This document shows positions 47,201 to 54,598 of a stretch of DNA of 54,598 nucleotides, in pieces. This DNA is from Candidatus Hydrogenedentota bacterium. Its GTDB lineage: Bacteria; Hydrogenedentota; Hydrogenedentia; Hydrogenedentales; SLHB01. Every line of letters starts with the position of its first letter. The first letter of the stretch is position 1. The DNA lies in the NCBI GenBank assembly GCA_029974275.1, contig JARKSN010000312.1, forward strand, positions 1 to 54,598, in the 5' to 3' direction. The position numbers and the translations under genes are program-made. A model generated the notes under the pieces. It was not told the origin of the DNA. It made no database searches and worked only from the letters and a program-made list of their open reading frames with translations.

Positions 47201-48934
47201 ATGGAACTCTATGGCTGGATACAGTTGGCGCTCTTTGTCGGCATCCTCTGGGCGATGACCAAACCAATGGGCAACTATCTTGTCGCCGTGCTCGACGCGC
47301 AGGGAAAGACATTTCTTGACCCCGCAGTAAAACCCGTAGAGCGTTTTCTATATCGCGCGTGCCGCATCGAACCGCAACAGGAGCAGACGTGGAAAGGTTA
47401 CGCGCTGTCGTTGGGTTTGTTTAGTGTCGTAGGGATGCTGTTCACCTATGCGGTTCTTCGTCTCCAGCAATATCTTCCGCTCAATCCGCAACATCTTGCG
47501 GGTATCGCCCCTGACTTGGCGTTCAACACAGCCGTCAGCTTCACGACCAACACAAATTGGCAGAGTTACGGCGGCGAGTCCGCCATGTCCTGCTTCTCGC
47601 AGATGGTGGCGCTGACCTTTCACAACTTCACCAGCGCGGCAGCCGGCATCGCGGTCGCGGCCGTATTGGTGCGGGGACTCGCACGCGCGACTGCGCAAAC
47701 GTTGGGAAACTTCTGGGTCGACATGGTGCGTGTAACGCTGTACTTGCTCGTTCCTTTTTGTCTGGTCTTTGCGCTTTTCCTGGTGTCACAAGGAGTCGTG
47801 CAGAACCTTAACGCCTACACCAAGCTTACATCTGTCGAGACGCTGAGCGGAGAAGCCGACGCGACCCCGCAGGCCATCCCGCAAGGTCCCATCGCATCGC
47901 AAGAAGCGATCAAGATGTTGGGCACCAATGGAGGCGGGTTCCTTAACGCCAACTCGTCGCATCCGTTTGAGAACCCGAACCCACTGACGAACTTCATCCA
48001 AATGCTATCGATCTTTCTCGTCCCGAGTGGTCTTACCTACTACCTCGGTCGAATGGTCAAGAACCAACGTCACGGGTGGACCGTATGGGCCGCTATGCTT
48101 GCCCTGTTCCTTTTAGGGGTGCTTGCCTGTTGGTCCTTCGAATCGGCTGGTAACCCACGGATAACGGCATGGGGAGTTGCGGACGATGGGAATATGGAGG
48201 GCAAGGAAGTCCGTTTCGGGGTTTTCAATTCAGCCTTGTTCGCTACTGTAACGACGGACGCCTCCTGCGGCGCGGTGAATGCGATGCACGACTCATTCAC
48301 GCCGTTGGGTGGGCTAGTCCCGCTCCTCAATATTCATCTCGGCGAGATCATATTTGGCGGGGTAGGGGCGGGATTGTACGGCATGCTCATCTTCATCATC
48401 CTGACGGTCTTTCTGGCGGGGCTAATGGTAGGCAGGACGCCCGCGTACTTAGAGAAAAAGATTGAGGCGTATGACGTAAAGCTCAGCGTGCTATTTATTT
48501 TCGTGGGAGCGATCGGCATCCTCGGATTCGCGGCATGGGCATGCGTCAGCGCATGGGGCGTGGCCGGTCTCACCAACCGAGGCCCGCACGGCCTCAGCGA
48601 GATTCTCTATGCGTTTTCGTCTGCCGTCGGAAACAACGGCAGCGCATTCGCCGGTTTATCTACAAATACGCCGATGTATAACACGACGCTTGCACTGGCC
48701 ATGTTGGCCGGACGCTTCCTTATGATCGTGCCCGTGTTGGCGCTTGCCGGGAATCTCGCCCAAAAGAAGAAAGTAGCCACAGACACCGGCAGCTTTCCCG
48801 TGTCCGGCGTGACCTTCGGCGTGTTGCTTGTTGGCACGATCCTTATCGTTGGCGCGCTGACATTCTTTCCTGTGTTGGCGCTTGGGCCGATTGTCGAGCA
48901 TTTCATCATGACAACATCCAACATCGTGTATTGA
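47201..48934 (+). CDS. kdpA: K+-transporting ATPase subunit A
   Basis: AFNTAVSFTTNTNWQSYGGE, LGTNGGGF.NANSSHPFENP, MEGKEVRFG, GNNGSAFAG. Confidence 0.98.
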   Translation: MELYGWIQLALFVGILWAMTKPMGNYLVAVLDAQGKTFLDPAVKPVERFLYRACRIEPQQEQTWKGYALSLGLFSVVGMLFTYAVLRLQQYLPLNPQHLAGIAPDLAFNTAVSFTTNTNWQSYGGESAMSCFSQMVALTFHNFTSAAAGIAVAAVLVRGLARATAQTLGNFWVDMVRVTLYLLVPFCLVFALFLVSQGVVQNLNAYTKLTSVETLSGEADATPQAIPQGPIASQEAIKMLGTNGGGFLNANSSHPFENPNPLTNFIQMLSIFLVPSGLTYYLGRMVKNQRHGWTVWAAMLALFLLGVLACWSFESAGNPRITAWGVADDGNMEGKEVRFGVFNSALFATVTTDASCGAVNAMHDSFTPLGGLVPLLNIHLGEIIFGGVGAGLYGMLIFIILTVFLAGLMVGRTPAYLEKKIEAYDVKLSVLFIFVGAIGILGFAAWACVSAWGVAGLTNRGPHGLSEILYAFSSAVGNNGSAFAGLSTNTPMYNTTLALAMLAGRFLMIVPVLALAGNLAQKKKVATDTGSFPVSGVTFGVLLVGTILIVGALTFFPVLALGPIVEHFIMTTSNIVY

Positions 48935-48943
48935 GGTCGAGAT

Positions 48944-50962
48944 ATGGCAACGCGAAAACATCGATCATTCGAGCGAGACATTATGCGGCGGTCCGTGAAG
49001 GACGCATTCGCAAAGCTTAACCCCGTGTCCATGATGCGCAACCCCGTTATGTTTGTGACGGAAGTGGGCGCGCTCATCACGACGCTCTATCTGTTCGTGG
49101 GTGCGCACGAGTCCTTGGGGTTCACTCTCCAGATCGCGCTTTGGCTTTGGTTCACCGTGTTGTTTGCGAACTTCGCCGAGGCGCTCGCCGAGAGTCGCGG
49201 CAAGGCACAGGCGGATTCACTCCGCAAAACGCGCACCCAAACCGCGGGCAATCGTCTGCGGCCCGATGGCAGCATCGAACAGGTGTCGGCAGAGAACCTG
49301 CGAAAAGGCGATCGGGTTATAGTGTCCGCGGGTGAGGTCATCCCCGCCGACGGCGAGATTGTCGAAGGCATTGCGACGGTAGACGAGTCCGCCATCACCG
49401 GCGAGTCCGCTCCTGTCATTCGCGAAGCCGGAGGCGACCGCAGCGCCGTTACCGGTGGTACTCGCGTTCTATCCGACCAGATTAAAGTCCGGGTGACGGC
49501 GGACCCTGGTGAAAGTTTCTTGGACAGAATGATTCGGCTGGTGGAGGGGGCGCGTCGGCAAAAAACCCCCAACGAAATCGCGTTGACCATTCTACTCTCT
49601 GCGTTGACGATCATCTTTCTCGTTGCCATTGCCACGCTGAAACTCTTTGGTGTCTACTCGCACGTCGACTTTTCCATCACGGTCCTCGTGGCACTGTTGG
49701 TGTGCCTGATACCCACCACTATTGGTGGACTGCTCAGCGCCATTGGGATTGCCGGAATTGATCGCCTCGTGCAGACGAATGTCCTGGCCATGAGTGGACG
49801 CGCCGTCGAGGCAGCCGGAGACGTGAACGTCCTGCTGCTGGACAAGACCGGGACGATTACCCTCGGGAATCGCGAAGCCTTTCAGTTCATCCCTGCACCC
49901 GGCGTTGCTCCCGAGCAACTTGCCGACGCCGCGCAGTTGGCGTCGTTGGCCGACGAGACGCCCGAGGGGCGAAGCATCGTTGTGCTTGCGAAGCAATATG
50001 GCCTTCGCGGGCGCGCCATGTCGGAAATGCCCCACGCCGAGTTCGTGGCCTTTTCTGCGCAAACCCGCATGAGCGGCGTCGATCTTGACGGCAGACACAT
50101 ACGGAAAGGCGCGGCCCAGGCCATACGCGAGTTCGTGGGGACGGGCTTGCCCGACGAAGTGGAAGACGCGGTTGGCGCCGTGTCGCGGGCGGGCGGCACG
50201 CCGTTGGTTGTGGCGGAAAAAGGCCGTGTCTTGGGCGTCATTTACCTGAAGGATATCGTCAAAGGCGGCCTGCGCGACCGGTTCGAGCGGTTTCGCGCGA
50301 TGGGGATCAAGACCGTCATGATCACCGGCGACAACAAGTTGACCGCCGCCGCTATTGCCCAAGAAGCGGGCGTCGACGATTTTCTCGCCGAGGCGAAGCC
50401 CGAGGATAAGCTGGCCCTTATCCGCAAGGAACAGGCATCGGGGCACTTGGTCGCCATGACCGGCGACGGCACAAACGACGCCCCTGCCTTGGCCCAAGCG
50501 GACGTCGGCGTGGCTATGAACACCGGCACGCAAGCCGCCAAGGAGGCCGGCAACATGGTTGACTTGGACTCCAATCCGACGAAACTCATCGAGATCGTCG
50601 AAATCGGAAAACAGATGCTGATGACGCGCGGCGCCTTGACTACGTTCAGCATCGCCAACGATGTCGCCAAGTACTTTGCGATCATCCCGGCGATGCTCAT
50701 CGGGGCATTCCCCATGATCGCGCCGCTCAACATCATGCGGCTTGCGTCGCCTTCGAGCGCCATCTTGAGCGCCGTCATCTTCAATGCCCTTATCATCATC
50801 GCCCTGATTCCCTTGGCGTTGCGAGGCGTGACGTTTCGTCCTCTGGCGGCGCAAGCCCTTCTGCGGCGCAACCTGCTCATCTACGGCGGCGGCGGACTCG
50901 TCGCGCCGTTTGTCGGAATCAAGATCATCGATTTGCTCGTGAACGCGATGCATATTATCTAA
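48944..50962 (+). CDS. kdpB: K+-transporting ATPase subunit B (P-type ATPase)
   Basis: [41 protein letters not shown]. Confidence 0.98.
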   Translation: MATRKHRSFERDIMRRSVKDAFAKLNPVSMMRNPVMFVTEVGALITTLYLFVGAHESLGFTLQIALWLWFTVLFANFAEALAESRGKAQADSLRKTRTQTAGNRLRPDGSIEQVSAENLRKGDRVIVSAGEVIPADGEIVEGIATVDESAITGESAPVIREAGGDRSAVTGGTRVLSDQIKVRVTADPGESFLDRMIRLVEGARRQKTPNEIALTILLSALTIIFLVAIATLKLFGVYSHVDFSITVLVALLVCLIPTTIGGLLSAIGIAGIDRLVQTNVLAMSGRAVEAAGDVNVLLLDKTGTITLGNREAFQFIPAPGVAPEQLADAAQLASLADETPEGRSIVVLAKQYGLRGRAMSEMPHAEFVAFSAQTRMSGVDLDGRHIRKGAAQAIREFVGTGLPDEVEDAVGAVSRAGGTPLVVAEKGRVLGVIYLKDIVKGGLRDRFERFRAMGIKTVMITGDNKLTAAAIAQEAGVDDFLAEAKPEDKLALIRKEQASGHLVAMTGDGTNDAPALAQADVGVAMNTGTQAAKEAGNMVDLDSNPTKLIEIVEIGKQMLMTRGALTTFSIANDVAKYFAIIPAMLIGAFPMIAPLNIMRLASPSSAILSAVIFNALIIIALIPLALRGVTFRPLAAQALLRRNLLIYGGGGLVAPFVGIKIIDLLVNAMHII

Positions 50963-50973
50963 AGGAACGAGAC

Positions 50974-51567
50974 ATGAGAGTCTTCGCCAAAGAATTGCTG
51001 GTCGCCTTGCTAATGACGGCTGTTCTAGTTCTCATCGTGTGTGGTGCTTATCCAATCGCGACCCTTGTCATCGCGCAAGGGTTGTTTCCCAAGAAGGCCA
51101 ACGGCTCGATTATCTACCACAACGGCGCCGCCGTGGGCTCCCGTCTGTTGGGGCAGCCGTTCAAAGGCCCGCAGTATTTTCACCCTAGACCGTCCGCAGC
51201 TGGCGATGGCTACGATGGGACCGCCTCGGGCGGGAGCAACCTTGGACCAACTTCAAAGAACTTGATTGACAAAGTTGCAGAACGCGTCAAAGAATACCGC
51301 GAAGAGAACGATCTATCCGAAACGGTCTCCGTGCCCGCCGATGCCGTCACGGCTTCTGGTAGTGGGCTCGACCCACATATCAGCGTCGGGAATGCTTTGC
51401 TGCAAGCGCCCCGTGTGGCCAAGGCCCGAGGGTGGAATGTAAATATCGTGAACCAGGAAATCCGCGCGCACATCGAGGGACGCACACTGGGCGTCTTGGG
51501 CGAGCCACGCGTGAACGTGTTGTTGTTGAATCTCGCGCTGAACGATAGAGCGACAATGGGGAAATGA
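50974..51567 (+). CDS. kdpC: K+-transporting ATPase subunit C
   Basis: KANGS, YFHPRPS, SGGSNLGP, DAVTASGSGLDPHIS, GEPRVNVLLLNLAL. Confidence 0.97.
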   Translation: MRVFAKELLVALLMTAVLVLIVCGAYPIATLVIAQGLFPKKANGSIIYHNGAAVGSRLLGQPFKGPQYFHPRPSAAGDGYDGTASGGSNLGPTSKNLIDKVAERVKEYREENDLSETVSVPADAVTASGSGLDPHISVGNALLQAPRVAKARGWNVNIVNQEIRAHIEGRTLGVLGEPRVNVLLLNLALNDRATMGK

Positions 51568-51570
51568 GTC

Positions 51571-53247
51571 ATGGCGCTTGACGACAAAGCCAACAGCTTT
51601 CTGCGCATGATCCGCAGCAGCCAACGCGGGCGACTCAAGGTCTATCTGGGCTATTGCGCAGGGGTTGGAAAGACCTATCAGATGTTGTTGGAAGGACATC
51701 GCCTGAGGAAAGAAGGCGTCGATGTCGTTGTAGGACTTGTCGAAAGCCACGGGCGCGAAGACACGGCAAGATTGGTGGACGGTTTGGAGGTAGTCCCGCG
51801 ATTGCGTCAGGAGTATCGGGGCGTGACGTTGGAGGAGATGGACGCGGACGCCGTGTTGGCGCGAAAACCCGCAGTCGTACTCGTCGACGAATTGGCGCAC
51901 ACGAACGTGCCGGGCAGTAGAAACAAAAAGCGCTATGAAGATGTGCAAGATATATTGGAAGCGGGGATTCACGTCATCACCACGCTTAACGTTCAGCATC
52001 TGGAGAGCCTGTACGATACCGTCGAGTCGGCGGTTGGCATCAAGGTGCGCGAGCGTCTGCCGGACAGTGTGTTGATGGAAGCCGATCAGATTGTGAACGT
52101 GGATGTCACGACACAAGACCTGCGCCGCCGGCTGGAGCAGGGCAAGATATACCCGGTTGAGCGCATTCAAACTGCGCTGGGCAATTTTTTCACCGGCCCC
52201 AACCTTGAACAGCTTCGTGAGATCGCACTCAGGGAGCTGGCTTCGCAAATTGATTCCAGACGTCGCGCCCCTGAGGAACAGGAAATGTCGTTAACGCCCG
52301 ACCAGGTCATGGTGTGTCTGAGTTCCGCTGGTCCCAATAGCGATACGCTCCTTCGTTATGCGTCTCGCCTCGCGGGGCGGCTGAACCGCAATTGGTACGC
52401 ACTGTATGTCCAGACTCCCTCGGAAGAACCGACCGCTATCGACGCGGAAACGCAACGCGTCCTTGCAGGGACATTAACTCTTGCCAAACAACTCGGAGCG
52501 ATGGTGTTCACGTACAAAGGCGCAGACATACCGGACACCATCCTGCGGTTTGCCCGCGAATACCAGGTCGGGCACATCGTGGTTGGCTCTCCGTCAAGAC
52601 TGTCGTTGTGGAACAAACTCCGTGGCAGAAAAAGCGTGGTGGAGCGGTTGATGGAAGATGCCGGCGGCATTACCGTGGTTGTCCTCGATACACACAAGAT
52701 GGACGCCAAGACTTCGCTCCCCTCCGAACCACCCGTGCGCGCGACCGTTGTGACGCAGCCTACGCCGAGCCTGCCCATGCTCACGCATTTCCTGTCCCCG
52801 GGCAACATCATCATTTGGGACGAGCCCGTCCTGAAAGAAGAAGTGCTGAATGCCCTTGCAAAAGCGGCGCTCAGCAACAGCGAACAAGGGCGCTTATCCG
52901 AGGCATCGCAGAAAATATGGGAACGCGAGCAATTGGGATCGACCTTTTTCAACGAAGGAGTGGCCTTCCCGCATGCCCGCCTGGATGGCTTGGCTTCACC
53001 TCGGCTCGCGCTAGGTCTGACGCGCCATGGCATCGTGGATGTAACGACGGAACAGCCTATCGAGTCCGTCTTTCTGATTCTGACCCCGGCGCAATCGCCC
53101 ACGGCCCAGCTTCAAATGCTGGCACTAACGAGCAAATCTGCGCAAAATCGCCATTTTCTTCAGCGTCTGCGATCCGCACCGACACCGGACGCCGCCATGA
53201 AGATCATCGAGGATTGGGAGCGCATGCGCGAAGACATTGTCCCATAG
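51571..53247 (+). CDS. kdpD: Kinase-less KdpD (KdpD N-domain + Usp) fused to a PTS EIIA(Ntr/Fru-type) domain
   Basis: GRLKVYLGYCAGVGKTY, LVDELAHTN, TTLNVQHLESL; Usp-like VMVCLS...RFAREYQVGHIVVG; C-terminal WEREQLGSTFFNEGVAFPHARL; no TM, H-box or HATPase. Confidence 0.88.
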   Translation: MALDDKANSFLRMIRSSQRGRLKVYLGYCAGVGKTYQMLLEGHRLRKEGVDVVVGLVESHGREDTARLVDGLEVVPRLRQEYRGVTLEEMDADAVLARKPAVVLVDELAHTNVPGSRNKKRYEDVQDILEAGIHVITTLNVQHLESLYDTVESAVGIKVRERLPDSVLMEADQIVNVDVTTQDLRRRLEQGKIYPVERIQTALGNFFTGPNLEQLREIALRELASQIDSRRRAPEEQEMSLTPDQVMVCLSSAGPNSDTLLRYASRLAGRLNRNWYALYVQTPSEEPTAIDAETQRVLAGTLTLAKQLGAMVFTYKGADIPDTILRFAREYQVGHIVVGSPSRLSLWNKLRGRKSVVERLMEDAGGITVVVLDTHKMDAKTSLPSEPPVRATVVTQPTPSLPMLTHFLSPGNIIIWDEPVLKEEVLNALAKAALSNSEQGRLSEASQKIWEREQLGSTFFNEGVAFPHARLDGLASPRLALGLTRHGIVDVTTEQPIESVFLILTPAQSPTAQLQMLALTSKSAQNRHFLQRLRSAPTPDAAMKIIEDWERMREDIVP

Positions 53248-53845
53248 TGCAACACAGCGGGTCTCTCCCCACTCCACCACAGCCGATCGCCGCCGTCGCC
53301 CAAGAACGCCACGCGCGCGTGCGCCGAGCGCCGTGAGGATATCTTTGGCGCTCACATCGCCTGCAACGCGCTGGATCATCCGTTGGCCTTCTTGCGCGCA
53401 GATCACGTCGTAACGTGTGCCTGGGCAATCCGTACGGTTCGGGCGTTTGGCTCGTCGGCCTAGCCACGGAAGGCGTCATTGTGCTACCGCACGCGCCGTT
53501 TCGTCAACTGCCGACTTGCCTCTCAACAAAACTACCTGACGGGTTTGGGCGTTTTGCCCTCCACGGAAAACGCGGAGGCAGGTCATGAGGTTGGCCATGT
53601 AGAACGCAAGACGTTGACGAAGGCGCTGGCGAATCGTATCGGCGCGGCCGCAGGGGATCGTCTTGGACCCGCTCGTGAGCGCGACGATCCTGCGGCGTTG
53701 GCTGTTGGCTGCCATACGACGAGCGGGTCCTCGCCTCCCGTTTGGGAACTCATGGGCTATCCCGCGGGCAAAGCCCTGATCCCAGAAAACTTCTCGCGTT
53801 TCCGCTCTCTTGCGATGCAGCTTGCAGGCGCGCCCAGTAAACATG

Positions 53846-53880
53846 CATCAGGGCGTCTTCTCGCCGAAGACGCCCTGATG
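53846..53880. terminator. Strong hairpin, probable terminator between convergent units
   Basis: CATCAGGGCGTCTTC-TCGCC-GAAGACGCCCTGATG, a perfect 15-bp stem 29 nt past the stop of the - strand gene. Confidence 0.7.
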
Positions 53881-53909
53881 TTTCGAAGAAACAATCGCCT
53901 GAGAAACGT

Positions 53910-54598
53910 TTACGGGATGACTTTGACCGTCCGTGTCACCACCGCCGCGGAGTTGTTGGAGCTGTCTTTCACGGCATACTTGACGGTGTACGTGCCGACT
54001 GCGGCCGTGTTCACGGTGCTTGTCGCCACGGTGTTCGCCGTGATGTCGCCGTCGTAGTTGTCCATCGCCGTCGCGCCCGCATCGACATACGCGGCGCCGA
54101 CATGCAGCGTGATGGGCGTCGTGCCGATCATCGTGATGACCGGCTTGACCTTGTCCACGACCTTGATCGTGCGCTTGGCCGTGGCCGTGTTGTTCGAGGA
54201 ATCCTTCACCGTGTAGGTGATGTAATACGTGCCGACGACGTTCGGGTCTACGGAGCCCGCCATGACGATGCTCGCGGTCAGATCGCCGTCATAGTTGTCC
54301 ATCGCCGTCGCACCCGGCTCCGTGTAGGCGTCGACGAGCACGTTGAGCGTCATCGGGTTCGTGCCGAGCATGGTGATCACGGGCTTGATCTTGTCCACAA
54401 TCTTGACCGTGCGGATCTTCTGCGCGGCGACGTTGCCCATCGAGTCGCTGACGTTGTAGTAAAGGTAATACGTGCCGACGACGTTCGGATCGACCGATCC
54501 CGTCACGACGATGTTGGCGGTGATGTCGCCGTCGAGATTGTCGATCGCGGTCGCGCCGGGATCGCTGAACGGCGAGAAAACGCTCAGCGTAATGCCGC
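53910..54598 (-). CDS. C-terminus of a large surface protein with tandem DUF5011/bacterial Ig-like repeats (5' part outside the window)
   Basis: Frame is open to the window edge; about three 80-aa repeats D..KPVIT..G.....L.V...Y.(D/E).GATA.DN.DGD(L/I)T....V....VGTY...Y.V.DS..N....RT(V/I).V. Confidence 0.9.
   Translation of the reverse strand, partial: GITLSVFSPFSDPGATAIDNLDGDITANIVVTGSVDPNVVGTYYLYYNVSDSMGNVAAQKIRTVKIVDKIKPVITMLGTNPMTLNVLVDAYTEPGATAMDNYDGDLTASIVMAGSVDPNVVGTYYITYTVKDSSNNTATAKRTIKVVDKVKPVITMIGTTPITLHVGAAYVDAGATAMDNYDGDITANTVATSTVNTAAVGTYTVKYAVKDSSNNSAAVVTRTVKVIP

Noticed and set aside
53248..53845. Possible decayed gene, or a tRNA-like att remnant (CTCCACCA near 53273), after kdpD
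   Set aside because: No frame gives a family I can support, and the sequence does not match the 3' end of tRNA-Pro or tRNA-Asn.
53910..54598. Approximately 240-bp nucleotide repeats as a DGR template/variable pair
   Set aside because: Explained by tandem Ig-like protein domains; differences are not adenine-specific and no reverse transcriptase is present.

Overview
A GC-rich bacterial chromosomal window with four parts. (1) 1-7386 is one end of an integrative, prophage-like element next to the 3' end of tRNA-Asn. It carries DUF2924, a large serine recombinase, its own LexA, two unknown proteins, structured leaders and the start of a probable sigma-70-like gene, followed by a decayed czcA/cusA fragment. 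(2) mfd is followed by two convergent operons that together look like a Wzx/Wzy-type polysaccharide locus: pyruvyltransferase plus three GT4 enzymes on +, and ExeA-like ATPase, a huge acidic TM-TPR protein, an outer-membrane channel, Wzc and a Wzy/O-antigen-ligase-like protein on -. The channel gene, sitting in the wza position, is a Wza-type Poly_export domain fused to a T2SS/T4P-type secretin. This suggests polysaccharide export through a secretin and is the most interesting feature. (3) Metabolic and housekeeping genes: gmhA-like, DHS-like, GH38, PHP, URO-D-like, folM-like/folB/folK/folE, an HtrA protease with a catalytically dead paralogue, and a lipase. An AT-richer NDT/TIR-like gene and a 230-bp nested palindrome interrupt this block. 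(4) tRNA-Pro, an IS630 remnant and a kdpFABC cluster apparently under sigma-54 control (enhancer-binding regulator, separate kinase, kinase-less KdpD fused to a PTS EIIA domain), then the C-terminus of an Ig-like repeat protein. All assignments come from motif recognition by eye; no database searches were run.
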